Assembly (NCBI GenBank): GCA_027604505.1 | Contig: JADIIX010000045.1 | Span: 124,001 to 161,073, forward strand | Source: Gonapodya sp. JEL0774 | Lineage: Eukaryota | Length of the DNA stretch: 37,073 nt | Direction of reading: 5' to 3' | Shown: positions 1 to 13,144 of the stretch, one piece after another | Layout of the letters: each line of letters begins with the position of its first letter | How positions within the stretch are numbered: position 1 is the first letter of the stretch | The notes under the pieces: generated by a model | Databases searched by the model: none | What the model saw: only the letters and a program-made list of their open reading frames with translations | Told to the model about the DNA's origin: nothing | Position numbers and translations under genes: made by a program

Positions 1-2
1 GT

Positions 3-1478
3 GAACGTGGGACGAACGGGCTGATTGAGCGGGTCTTTTCCACTGAAGAGCGAGGAGAGCCCATCGGTCCGCCTCTAGCTCTCATTCCCGCATCTCGGCG
101 GGAATCGACCACCACATCCACCGCTGCCGCATTGCTCGTTAGGGTTCTTTCTTCGGATTCTGCCTCTGCAACTGCACCCTTGGCTAACCAGACCGGCTCT
201 CGCCGCACTTCAACCAGCGACCAGCCAGAAGGTGCGCCCCTGCTTGGTCAGACCTCAAGCTCTCGCCGTGGGTCTCGCATTGCCGGTGGAAATCTTGAGC
301 GAGTGTTGTCGGGAGAAAGAGGCAGCTTTGCTGGCACAGAGCGCATCATCTCGAGCAAGCTCGAGAGAGTCATGTCAGGTGTAACGCCGGCCGGTCCCAT
401 TATCCACGAAGACGCACTCGAACTTGAAAATGAAACCAATGACACGATCGATGGAAGCTCCTCTCATGATTCTAAAGGATTCGTGGGGAAACCGGAGCCG
501 ATCATTTCCCCGTCAACTCCAAACGAAACAGTCCGCCGTATGTCACTTCTCGCCGCGGCCGGTGACAGCGATGACTTCGCTGCCCTCGTGGATGAAGAAG
601 TGGCAACCCACCTCGTAACTGACCGTGGCCGCCGCCGGAGTTCACGTTCCCACTCACCTACCCGTTCGCTCTCGGTCTCTCAATCTCACTCTGCCCGAGG
701 ATCAAGTGCTGGGTCGTCAAAAGAACCCAAGTACACCAGCGACGTCTACTCCTCCGACTTCAATGATGACGCACACCTCCTCTCCACCCCCTCCACCGCG
801 GAGCGGCCTGGCGCCCTCGGATCGTCCCTACCAGCCCTAGCATCGCAAGTGGCTCGTAGCGTACAGCAGCTAGCTGCAGATGCTGCAGAAGTTATCACAC
901 GAACGGCGGAGGGGTTAGTCCCAAACCTTGGCATGGGCGGGGGCAGCAGAAGAACCAGCCGAACCAAAAGTTTTGACCGCGGGAAAGAGTATACGGGCAT
1001 GCGAAATAGAGGAGCCAGCATGGCCATCAGGGTTCGTATTCCTCCGCCAGTGTTGGGGCTGCATTGACAGTTCGCTGAATTCCAACCGTCAATTTGGCAC
1101 TTCAAAACCGCACATCAACACAAAGAGAGCTCAATTTATTCCCCACAGCACCAACATCCACATGCACGTCCTGGCTGTCTTCACTTTGACATTATTAATC
1201 CTTCTCCTCGCTGATGGGATAGCGATCACGGTCATCGAGCAACAAAGTGTTACAGAAAAGTGGGCGCTAAGTGTCTTGGTGCGTTGGCGTTGTCCGAGGC
1301 CGATGGTTGCTCTCGTCACTGGTTGAGGCTTGCGAACCGTCAAGTTGACCCCTTCTCAATATTTTGACAGATTATGCACGTAGCAACTCTTGGTGTGTTT
1401 GTTCTAGCATTCGTTTACACTAACGAGGCCGGTGATGTGCGGAATCTGTGGCGGGCAATGGGCCTTGGATGTGCGTAA
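3..1478 (+). CDS. 3' part of a gene (begins left of the window): Ser/Arg-rich disordered region followed by two C-terminal hydrophobic helices; function unknown
   Basis: Frame is open from nt 3 (ERGTNGLIERVFS...) through ORF 132..1067. A hydrophobic exon HMHVLAVFTLTLLILLLADGIAITVIE...WALSVL follows, then intron GTGCGT(1279)..TTGACAG(1370), then last exon IMHVATLGVFVLAFVYTNEAGDVRNLWRAMGLGCA-TAA. The junction near 990-1150 is not resolved. Confidence 0.6.
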
Positions 1479-1904
1479 TGGAACATGGCACATATGTTGC
1501 ATCTCTATAACCCACATTGCATGTACTCATCTGCGCATTCACCGTCGTTTCCCTTGTCAGTCGTGAACGTTGTCCTGTTCTGCATCAGGATGGGATTGAA
1601 TGTTGGATTTGTAGGATTTCGTCCGTAGGGCCGGTTTGAGGGTGTACAGAAGGAGAACAGATAGTGTGCCATTGAAAAGTTAGTTCTCCAATGGCGTTAT
1701 GTTGCGTCGTTATGTAATGGGGAATGGCATAGTCCAAAAACACACTCGTGCCATTGGGATGTTCAAGAGTGTTGACCACATTTCCCGTAAACTGAGCATC
1801 CATCTACAGTGGACTACAGAATTTCAGACGCCATCAAAATCGATAACAAAGGACTCAGAGAGGAATTAATTCTCACAAGGAACTCGCGCGGGACAATTCT
1901 CCCG

Positions 1905-4202
1905 ATGTCGAACCATAGCAGGCAAGCATCCAGGAACGCTGAAATGAATGCGCCAGTTGCATCGAAGCCCGCGTCGCCGTTTGCGAGACAATCATCCGCT
2001 TATCCTGGTGTTGGAGTTTCGGGGACCAGGCAAACTAGCGGAGTGGCTGTTCATAACTTGTCTAATGGTGGACACAACCCAATGAATGCTGCTACTGCAA
2101 ATAACGCTGCAGCAGCATCGCCGGTAGCTGGAATGTCTGCAGGTGCGATGATGATGCAGGTGAAGAACGGGAGCGCGATATCCATCAACCATAATGGAAA
2201 CCCAGCAACACCATCACCTTTCAACCGGGCCACCTCCCGCGTTAGTCCACCACAAGTTCTTCCTCTCCCAAACCAGCCACCTCTCCCGAGTCATGCTCTC
2301 AACCCCGGCAACCGACCTAATGTTTCGCCACAGATCCCCCGACCCCAAACTTCGAGCGGGAACCATCCAATGCCAATGTCTGTCCTGCCACAACCCTCTC
2401 TCTCCACCATACCCGCACCAGACCTCTCCGCACAGCTCGACGAGGCTGATTCTATTCTTTCCAATCTAATGGCTTCGCTCGACCGTGCTGAACAACAGAG
2501 GAATGCGCCGACTGCTACTCCAGTCGGGAGTGGCACGTCTTCTCATCCACCACATTATGCGTCGATTCCAAATGCAAGTCCTGGAGTAGGAAACTCGAGC
2601 CTGTTACCGCTTCCTGGAGTTGGGAAACAAGGTAAGATTTTCTCGTATTGCACGATAACGTAAAAGCAGCGTGTTGTCCTTGTTCAAGAGCAACACAACT
2701 TGATGAAGGAGAACACTTGGAGAACACGTTCTAACTAGCTTGCAGGGGGGATGAGAGCGAACTGTTTCAACTCTCTTTGAGAGGACCCAAATAATTTTTC
2801 ATCCGATACTCAATCTCCTGTATTTCCATTAGCATCCAACTCAACACCTTTGCGCCCTCGTACTACATCATCCGCTCAACGACCACGCGCTCCTTCCTCT
2901 GCAAGTTCGTCCTCACAACCGTCCTCTGCCCCATCGGGGTCCCGTTCCCGCGCGACCTCGTCCGCGGTCCCAGTTTCTCCTTTCGCCTCCTCTGGATCCC
3001 CTGCGTCTGCAACCACGAGCTCATCTTCGAATTCGTCGCGCCCTCGCTCCTCCTCTAATGCTGTCCCCGTGTCACCATTCGCAGCATCCACGTCCCGGGG
3101 GGCTGCTGCAAAAAACACTGCTGCTCATCCCGCAGCGACCGCCATCGCGTTACCCCTCCCCACCATCATTGCGGGAGAACGTGGGTCCGACGTCTCGGAT
3201 TTGTCTGATGGTGCAAGGGAGATGTCTTTGTCAGGTTCGATTGGCGATGGGAGTGATGAAGTGGACACATTGGGGCAAAGGAACACGGGCACGGGGACCG
3301 GAAGGGCACGATTACAGCAACGCCCTGCTCCTTCCCCTGCGCGTGTGGCTTCACCCCTCACTGGATCATCAGGAATTGTTCAATCTTCTACTATAGCAAC
3401 TGGGAGCCCCAGTCACCCGGGAAGAATGCCCTCAACATCCCATCTACCATCTGCCCTTCCACAACAGAACACGCCTTCTCCGCCTATAACCACCGCCGCA
3501 CACCACCTTGGACGAACATCATCTGCTCGTGGAGCACTCCATAGCTCTCAGTCACAGCTAGCACCATCCCCAGGTCATAGCCGCTCGGGCAGCGCCGTGC
3601 AGAGCGCTCATTCGAGGGCGGGGAGCAGAGTGACTCCCGCGCCCGGTACCGGACGTGAAAAGTTAATCGCCAATGGTGGAGGGGCACCAGCACCTGGAAG
3701 TCTCGCTCTGTCTAAGAACTCTCAGATGAGCTCCATACCACTTTTGAAAGCTGATTCTTTGCCAACACTTAGCGATCCCTCAGGGAGTGAAGCTGCTGTC
3801 TTAGCTGCCGCCTATGACGCTGTGTTGGATGAAATTGAGGATGCCAGAGTCACCACATGGGAGGCAGATGGAGTGCCCGTCGTAACTGTGGGGATCGGCG
3901 GACAGGATGTGACTGATGGGAAACCGATCTTTGAACTTAGAGAAGGTTGGGAGAGTGAGCGTGAGTTATCTGAAACCTACGAGAGTGACGACGATTATCT
4001 CATCTCAAACCACAACAAAGGCTTCCCCGATCCCAGGTATGCTCTTTTCCGGCGATTCATGTTTGAAATGCTCGCCGACCCACAATACTGTGGGGGGGCA
4101 GAGCACTACCCGCTGATGCCAAGCTTAGAGCTAGCAGCGTTGGTAGGAGTGGAGGAGGCGGGGATGGTGGCGAAGGGGGATGGTAGGGGCTTGTATTCAT
4201 GA
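1905..4202 (+). CDS. Hypothetical ~700-aa Ser/Pro/Ala-rich protein with a small folded-looking C-terminal region
   Basis: ATG at 1905. Phase-1 intron GTAAGA(2632)..CATTAG(2832) joins ORF 1809..2663 in frame to ORF 2850..4202. C-terminus is FPDPRYALFRRFMFEMLADPQYCGG...; AT-rich 3' UTR follows. Confidence 0.7.
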
Positions 4203-4729
4203 CTCTTGTCAAGTGGCAAGACCCCTGTTATTTTCCCCTTCCCTTTCTTCCTCCCTCCCCCCATTAAAATCGTCATTTAAACGTATTCATAAGATATTCT
4301 TTGATAAATTCAATGCACTGCAGAATGAGTTCATGTTAGTGTGATGTTGGCACACTCTCATGTAATAAATTGATGGAGGGATTCCACAGATTGATGCAAA
4401 CAGCAAACACCTTTCCAGAATCTAAGCCCCATTGGAAGATTTAAGATATCTCAAGCTATCACGGGACGTGGAAAGAAGATCATTGGATATACTGTGGGAA
4501 GCGACAGGGTGGTGAGTGGATCCAGCATTTTGGTGAAACGCGAGGAACGTTATGCTTTGTCAGTAATCTCGAATTGGGCGCTCAGATGGTACCCTGGTGC
4601 TAGGCTATCCGATCTCGCTGATAAAGTCTTCCAATCTTTTGTTACCTGGGTTGTGGTTTCATTCAGACTCCAATTTTTCCCTGGACAACATTCCCTTTAA
4701 AGCAAGCGCACGGCACTTTTGGAAATTAA

Positions 4730-7700
4730 ATGAGTGACTGGGCGAACTGGTACCAGCCCAAGAGGGCAAGGAGGGACTCGAAGAATGGGGACGCGGGTTC
4801 CGATGCTGACACTGACGATCACGACCCGGGTGTTGGTTCTGACCCCGAAGACACAGCGCCTTCCAAGCGACTTCTGCGCTCCCCATCGCCTCCGACACCT
4901 CGGCCTGCACCGGCGACCTCTCCACCACCGCAAGAGCCTTCTTTACCTCAGGCGATTCCGCGCCGTCCATTTCCAGAAGGTGGAACTGGCACGGACACGG
5001 ATGGAACTGGCCATGGCTCCTCCTCCTCTTCGTGGTCGTCTTCCGAGGAGGAGCCATCTTTCTTCGTGGCCCGCAACGGCCGTTTCCCTCCTACAACTGC
5101 CTCGGCGCCTGGACCACGAATCATTTTTGCACAGCCCAATCGAAGGAACGCATCCATACTAAATAATGCAATCAAATCTCCAGCTGTCTCATCCACCAGT
5201 CAAGTTCATTTTGGTGTTTATGGCGACGCAACTCCGAAACCTCCGCCGGCGCCTTTCCCCCACCCCGTCTCACCGACACCTCGCCATGCATCTCCCTCTT
5301 CCGCAACGTTGCTTGTTCCCTCTAATCCTCTTGTTCCCACGTTACACACTGATTCATCTGTTGATGGGTTATCCTCCTCACCTCATTATACTGCCTCTTC
5401 ACCCCGCCAAATCCCTGCCCATCCTCCTGATATCATTGTCATTCCTCCCTCTCCTACAAATCACCGTATTGCAATTCTTGCAGCCTCTGGGCGCCTCGAA
5501 AATCCGGAGCCCAACCAGAAGGCCTACTTCTCTCTCCCACGGGGACGCCGTACTGGGAAATCTGCTTCTGCCGCGACCCTCCTCTCCACTTCTACCGCAA
5601 CTGTCGCCAAAGACTCAAGTGAAGGTCGCATCGCGTCTGCTGGTCCCAGCTCCCGAGGCGCTTCGGTGTCTCCGGTTCGTACTGCTCCTCCTATCGCAAC
5701 CCCCAGATCGTATTCCATGGACGATTCAGCTTTGGTCTCCTCTAGTAGCTGGCCTGTAAACGGTGAAATCAGCGATCTTCCGCATTCGCCTCGCCGTTTT
5801 GGGCGAGCGCTCGCCAAGCCTCCTGCCGTACCATCGGTGCCTTCAATAATTGTAGGGGATGCCCAGGATGGTGCCGGTGGACACGAGAATAGCTATAAAG
5901 GCAGCTCCCCGCCATCCACTGGCTCGCCAGTTCCATCCACTTCCTCCACAGTATCTCCCTCACCCTCAGCAGCTCCTTTCCCTATCCCACTCCCCTCTTC
6001 CGTCGACCGGGATCGCTTCCCGTCTCCCGACCCTGATTCCGATACCGCTTCATGTGCCTCAGAGGAGCCTCCATCACCCACACTGTCCCACTCCTCTTCC
6101 CCGACCGAAGACATTGACCTCGACCTCTCTGATCCTGCTGCTACCCTGGCAGCGTTAGAGGCAGACTTGGCGGCCGAGGAAGTCGAGAGCGTGTACCACC
6201 CTCGAAATGATTTTGTCGGAGCGGTGAGCGAGGTTGTCTGGGACGACATATTGGCCGCTGCTGTGGTTGCGAAAGGGAGGATGCGGGAGATGGAGGAGGG
6301 GTTAGTAAATGAAATGCGGAAAGGAGGCGACGATGTGTGTGGAGAGGGAGGAGCACTGAAAGGAATGAAGTTCACTGCAAATGGATTCACCGAGTCGCCA
6401 AAGACTCAAGGGTCAGGCCATAGTTCCCATACATATGGCCCACTCAAAATTACTCGTTCGTTGGCTTCTTTGATCTTGCCGGACACCCCCGGTGACGCTT
6501 CGTGGCTTCCCGCAACTCTTCAACTTTTCTGTCACCTTCCTGAGGTTGAGTCAGACTTCCCTCGCGATATGTATCTCTCTTCACCCTTTCTTCGATCGTT
6601 TGTATCTTTTATGCGGCAATTGCATGCTGAACCCAACGACAGCGCCACTCTATCACCTTCATTTGTTCCTCCTCCCATGACTTTGTCCACACCGACAACA
6701 CTTCACAGATCGTCGCGTCAACCTAAGGCTCCAACGCCTGTTCCCACAGCACCCCCAGTCCCCATACCATCGGAGCTTCTAGCTGACGTTCTCACGTATA
6801 TTCCCCAATGTCTCTCATCACCTTCACCTGCCATTGAGCTTGTGGATTTTGCAGTGAATCGTCTACTCGCCGGGTGTCGACTGAGAACCCGCTTTCGAGC
6901 CACTGTACGGATAAGATGCGAATGTGAACGGCATGTGATCGGGAAGACCAAGAGCAGGGGAGTCAGGAAGGGACGGCAAGGACATAATCAAGAGGGCGAA
7001 GAAATGCTGACGTCAGGGTCGGAGGGCTCGCAAGGTGGCCTGGTGCTTCCACCTGGTGATTCGACACGTCTTCCAATGCACTCCCTCCCAATGCCTCGAA
7101 GAGACCGGGCCGTGCTCACCGCAGTACGAGCACTGGAAGTGCCCCCCACGCGAGTTACTCCAGGAGGTGAAGTGTCTCTCGTACGCGCCGTCAGTCACGC
7201 TTTGGGGGCGGTGGGAGAGAGTATGAAGTGTTGCGAACGGGCAAGCGTGGAAGCGAAGTTTGTTCAATTACCCCAGTACCTCGTGGTAATGGTACCGAGG
7301 CCGAGTGATTGCGGATCCGTCACAAGCTCTGCATCTGGGTCACCACCTGCTACGTCGTCGTCAGCTCGAGCCACTGCAGCATCCCGGTTTCTGGCGTCCT
7401 TTTCTTCTCCCCCTGAAGCAACTTCTCCGGCACCCTTCACCTCTCCAGCACAGACAACAGTTCGTATTCCTCAGGACTTGGACCTCTCCTTTCACCTTGA
7501 TCCTGCTGCTCCGAAGCCTAAGACGACTTTGTATCGCCTGCACGGGTTTGTGACCAAGAGGGCCGGTGATGGACACCATTTGGCATATACGAGGTTAGGA
7601 GGAGGAGACGGTTGGTGGAAGTGAGTTGCCTTTATATGTTTTAAATATGGGGAAGGGAACTCTCCAACCAAAAACCTCTCAACTTCAGATGCGACGATAC

Positions 7701-7839
7701 GACAATCCAACCTGATGTCGACCTTGGCATCGGTGATGTTCGATCGCAGGGTGTATCAGTTGTACTTTATCACTTGGTCAGCCAACGGAGGAGTCCATCA
7801 GGTGTCCTTGCGGGTGTGAGAAGCGGAAGGAAGGTATAG
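4730..7839 (+). CDS. Ubiquitin-specific protease (USP/peptidase C19) fold protein with a long disordered N-terminus; predicted pseudo-DUB
   Basis: 964-aa ORF, then intron GTGAGT(7621)..TTCAG(7688), then last exon. Contains LPQYLVV, RIPQDLDLS, YRLHGFV..GDGHHLAY, WWKCDD and VVLY, matching the USP His/Asp boxes. The Cys-box equivalent reads GDASWLPATLQLFCHLP. Confidence 0.75.
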
Positions 7840-8174
7840 TAAGCGGATGATGCATAGAGGTGTTTGATTGGGTGGCAGAAAGAGTGTGGTCCCTGTTCGT
7901 GGAGCAAGGCACCTGGCAGGAAGTCTTCCCTTTGCAGCTTTGTGGGCTCGATATACGAGGAGTAGGACCTTATTCGCATCTTCAGTTTGTCGCCAAGACG
8001 TGGTATTCTTATCGTGTTGTCAGCATTTCAATCCAGTAATCATCTACTCTGTTAATCTTGGCATAGTATTAAGTTAACAATCGCCTAATTGCATTTGTGT
8101 TTTCACTTCTTTTGGTGAAACCAAGCGAAGATCGAGAACTCGGAGTTTCACAACACAGGAACTTCCCGCACGTG

Positions 8175-11100
8175 ATGTCTGTCGTCGACCCAAACGAAGA
8201 ACGAGCCCAATCACAAGCTTCGCCATGGGTGGTTGATGGCTTCCTGGGAGCCGGATCGATGAACGCAAACTTCGTGAATGCCTCGGGGCCGACTCGATCT
8301 TTGACGCCCCACGCTCTTGCGATTGCTGCGCTGTTGGTTATCACGATCGATCGATTTTCTTTACGGAAAGAAGCTGATTCGGACGAAGTTATCGGTGGGC
8401 CTCATTTCTCTAGTTCCCTGTCGCTGGGTGAGCCGTGATTGTACTAGACTATTATTTGCGCGAAAACAGCCACGCAAGCAGATCGTGCGCCATTTATTCT
8501 GCTCGCATATAGAGAAGCAACACTACTTGAGTTCTCCCCGGTTGATCCGTCATTCGAATTACTTCTTGACAAAGTAACGTCGGTGAACGAGGAAACGGGA
8601 CCTGATGTTGCGAGGCAACTCATCGAAGAGGTCAGCATCGTGTTGAATACTTTTCCTGATTTCATTCGCCCTCAATCAAAGTTTCGATGTGCACTCTTGT
8701 ATTGGTACCAGTTTTCACAAATTGCGGAACTCCCCAGTTTCCACGAGTTCATCGACCGTAAGTCAAGTAATCAACTAACATGAAGCGCTCCTGTCATCTT
8801 CATTTTGGTCGTAGGAATAAAGCATGTTCTCTCCCGTCAAAATCAGGAAGGGGGGAACCGCGTTCGGATCGTGGGCATTCACTTTCGCAACGAAATGCGC
8901 GCAGCTCTGTACTAAAGCAAGTTGGGAATTTGCCTTCAAGTCCCCTATCAGCCCACTAGGGCTGTTGCTGCGGCGGGTCGTCTTGGATGTTTCATCCATG
9001 CCATTCCACAAGCTTCCAGCACTCCTTGGAGCCATCAAATTATATGCAAACAGTGCAGTGGGGATTGAAAAGCGAAATACAAACGGAAATGCAGTGGAAA
9101 ATGATGACAGGGTATTTGGTGTTGTCAGACACGGTTGGGATATTCCATTGGCGGCCGCGACACAATGGTTGGAGGAGACAACTCAGCGGCTAGAAGGTGA
9201 GTTTCAAGTCAAGGTAATAATTGACCAGAGTGCGCGTCTTTTGTTTGCATTATGGGCGTCGGGTACTCTAGCTCAAAGGAACACATCTGAACAATGACGT
9301 CTCCTTGTTGTAGCCGACGACATTGACTCAAAATCTTTCGACATGACTACCTTCTCTTCACTTCTCCAGCACCCTCAGACGGCTGGAAATGCTTCTTACG
9401 TCGGGTATGTTTTTGGCCGAGGAATGCTCGGCAACGCAGGAGCATCGCGCGTATAATCCGTCTCACTCTCCTTCTCTCCAGCTTTCTTCTTGCCTCTCAC
9501 AGGTCTGATGCAGAGCTGACTGCTGAGTATGTAGCGCGGGCGGCAGACTTAGCTGCTGTCAAACCTCACATGGATGGAAGGCAAGCAGCCTAGCTACTGT
9601 GGCAGCTTTGAAACGCTCTTCTAACTTGTATGATTTCAGGAATCATACTGTCCACTATTTATTGCTTGCATCGGCTGCTGCAAAAGCTAAGGCGGGGGAA
9701 GGGGAGGAGGCGGGCATAGTATGTTCGCAACCACCGTGCTTCATTTGTGTGTCATTTTCACCATACCCAAAACTACGAACCATCGAACGCTAATCCTATG
9801 GAACTCTCAAGACCGCTATCCACGCCTTGAAACTTGCGCGAGAAGCACAAGACGCTCAAGCCGTTGTTGTCGCGAGTGCGTACGTATCCCTGCGGTAATC
9901 GAATCTGTTGATACGACAAACTTTCCCTTGACGATGCGACTTGTTTCATGTTTGCTGGTTTGAAGCTTCCTCCATCAACTTCGTCTGTCATTCCCAGAAA
10001 CGCCTAACGTGGAGCCATTTGTAACAGGCACATTGGCCTCGCAAAACTCTTCTAGCCGTGTTGGTGTGTCGGTCCCTACCTACATCCGTTCCATCACCGA
10101 AGCTGCTGAAGGCATAGAGGGCCTTGTCTTGGTGAGTAGATAGGGATGAAGTATGTTACCAGTTCCGAATTATGTGCTCATTTAGTTTTTAAGGGCCGTG
10201 ACCCCAGGGAGGTACTCCAGTTGCTAACGTCCGCGACCCAGAGTGCCCGCCAGTCCAACATCGCAACTGCATCCCACCTCCCTCGGACGTCGCAACCTTC
10301 TGTGTCTCAGACCTTCGGTCCCCAGCTATCCCTCCCTGTAATCCACCACTTTGCTTCTGTCGCCCAATCTGTTTATGCCTGCTCCGCGCTTTCAACGCAC
10401 ACGTCAATTCTTTCTCTCCAACCGCCCATTGTGAACACTTCACTCGGCGATTCTCTCCTTGCTGGTTGTCGGTTGGTACGAGGACTTATTGACTCCGGCT
10501 TCTATAAGAAAGCAGCAAGGACTCTTGACATGCTCCGGGATTTGCATAGTTCGGTGATTAAAGGACCTGTAGGCCGTGAGTGGCGACGGTGTGCTGCAGA
10601 GCTAGTATTTTGGCGGGCGATTCGGAGGGGGGAGATCTCTGCCGCGGATTCCGCTTTGGGTGAGCTGGCTGCTGAAGCGCAAGCAGGACTCAGCGGGTCA
10701 GTGGCGGGACTTGTAGCTGGACGGAGTGGGTTCCGGGCGGGTATGGGAGATGTCCAGAGTATGAGAGGGGAGTTGGCAAAGAGGGCCGGTGACATTATCA
10801 ATGCCGCGAAAATCCTCGAGACATGGGCGGAGAAGGCAGTAGGCGTGGAGAAATTAGCAGCGATTGTGGAGGTAGCACGGTTGAGAATAGTGAGTCTCAT
10901 GGCCCTGGTGGAGCATTGTTCGGTGGCTACTGCTGGGAATAACCCCGCCGCTTTCGAAGTACTCTTCCAATCCTCTTTCTGCTCTTACGCCCATCCTTAC
11001 CGCCTTAACTCTCTCTCGCCGTCTTAACTCTCACCCGCTCCACTGTCGAGCTGCGATTCTCTTAGCAACTCTCTTTTCCCTTATTGGTGCTCCGTATCGC

Positions 11101-11631
11101 GGTCTTCGACTCGCTAGAGCTGTACTGGAAGACGCGCAGCCAAATTTGGGAGTCCTTGAAAGGGGTGAAGCGTGGGAAGCCGTGGGGAGGTGTTTGGAGG
11201 CATGCGCTGGAGACGATTCAAGTGCAAGGGGCAATGATTCCATGGCCAGAGCCAGAGGACCTGCTGTTTCGTCTGCAGCCGCCGATACCACCTACACCAC
11301 TCTCTCTCGCCCTCATTATTGTGCTCGCCATCCACCGTGGGGCGATAATTGTCTTGTTTCTGCCGCACAGCACTACCTACTTGCACGTTCGTGCTACCTT
11401 CAGGCGGACGACTTGGAAGCTCAAATTCGAATCCAAGCACTTCTGGCGAAGGTGCATAATATGGCCGGAAATGAGTCGGAACGGAACGAGGCCGCGAAGG
11501 AATGGAGGGTGTGCGGGGAGGTTGGTAAGAGAAGAGCGCGATGTAGAGGGCGTGTCGGCGTCCATGGCGGAGTTTTCCAAGGATATGGTGCGTTGATGGA
11601 GGAATGGGACAAGGAAGGAAGGTGGGCATGA
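8175..11631 (+). CDS. APC5: Anaphase-promoting complex subunit 5 (TPR), multi-exon
   Basis: Segments match remembered APC5 motifs: LTPHALAIAALL (cf. VTPYKIAVLVLL), SPLGLLLRRVVLDVSSMPFHKL (cf. SVVGLFLRHMILAYSKLSF), ATQWLEETTQRL, and the C-terminal AQHYLLARSCYLQADDLEAQIRIQALLAKVHNMAGNESERNEAAKEWR. Internal exon boundaries were only partly worked out. Confidence 0.8.
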
Positions 11632-12329
11632 GAACATTCGGCCTTGCACGGGAACTCCGAAACTCCGACGAGATTCAGTTTCATCATCAATATTGATACA
11701 TTCAAGTTTACTGATAACCCGTGTGAAGCTGAATACCTGAGCACGGAGTGCGCCAGTACCCGTCATTTCTCACAGGTACATTAGGCCCCCACGTTTCGTA
11801 GGGTACACTCCAATAAACATGTTTGAGACACATACATAAATGAATGCAAATAATGTTCGCCATCATCTTGACTGTTTCCATTTACTGGGTCCGTCTTCAA
11901 CAGCAAGCTGTGTATCAACGTCGAGAGGATACTATTGCCGAGTGTTGAGGAAAATTGATGTTTAGGCAGAGTCTGACATCACCCGACTCGTGGAAATTGA
12001 TGTGTCTGTGTCTTTTCTTGTGCACTGTAGGTAACTAATTCGCATATTTCCCGACCGGGGTGTGGTTAAGCTGAGGAGGGCCCCACCGGCTGCAGGCTTC
12101 CCCTCGCCCCCACCGACTCCATTCCCATCTCTCCCTCACTATTGTCACAGTACGGATAGTGCAGAATTTTTCGTCGGAGGTCCCTTCCCTTTCCCCTTCT
12201 CCACGTGCATTCCCTCACCTTCTTCGCAACGCGAGGCCCGTTTTTCTCCTCGTCCCCCACTCCACGCACTTTTTCATACCCCCGTGTCCCGATCTCCCAC
12301 TCGCGGAGGCGATTCGGTCTCGAATCAAC

Positions 12330-12944
12330 CTCCAGCCGGTGATTCCACCCCCCTCTCGATCCTGTTTCACCTTCCGCCCCCCTGGATCGCCTCTTTCGTC
12401 TGATCTTGCAGTGTCTTGATACAGCCGAGGAGGCCCGTCGATCGTCAGATCTGTCCCGTCTTGCTGCTTTTGCGCAGCAGGTGGAGAGTCACTGGGTCAG
12501 AGACAAGCAGATCCAGGCCCAGACCGCGCGGATTGACCCTCTCCAGATGCAACTAGAGGCTGTCCTGTGTCTCCGACTCTCTGTTCTCATGCTCCTGGTC
12601 CTGATCCGCCAGATCTCGTTCCTTTTCCGCCGGCTTGCCCCGCCCTGCACGTTGCCTTCGAGAACATGCCCCCTGCTTCCGATCTGGGGTATTCAGCACC
12701 TCCTTCGGCTCCTTCTGGCACCCTTCGGTCCGCCGATTTCGTCTGCTCCATAGACACAGCGGCCGTGGAGACGACTATCTGTTGCAACATCCCGTCCAGC
12801 ATGGACCCTGCCCTTTTGGGGGCCCCAATGATTGGTGAGTTCACACCATTTGAGGCACTCATGTCGCGTTACCTCTGGAACTTGCCATACCTCCCGGAGC
12901 TCATTCCCACCGGCGATCACATCGATCAAGCGAATTTCCAATAA
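12330..12944 (+). pseudogene. Possible degenerate coding relic (coiled-coil followed by Pro-rich segment), perhaps a retroelement gag/ORF1 fragment
   Basis: Overlapping frameshifted frames LDRLFRLILQCLDTAEEARRSSDLSRLAAFAQQVESHWVRDKQIQAQTARIDPLQMQLE and PGPDPPDLVPFPP...; no clear ATG and no recognisable domain. Confidence 0.2.
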
Positions 12945-13144
12945 ACGGACAAGATCAATGATGAAAAGATGGCGATCGCGACGGTTATGAACATGAAGGT
13001 GATGCGTCTCCCGGCCAAGTTTGAGATCCACACACGGCGATCAACAATAAACCATCCACTCTCGTAAGTCTCTCAGACTCACAATTGGTGACACTCAGAT
13101 GTTTGAAGAATTAAACCAAGGATTCGCACAAGAAGTAATAAGTT

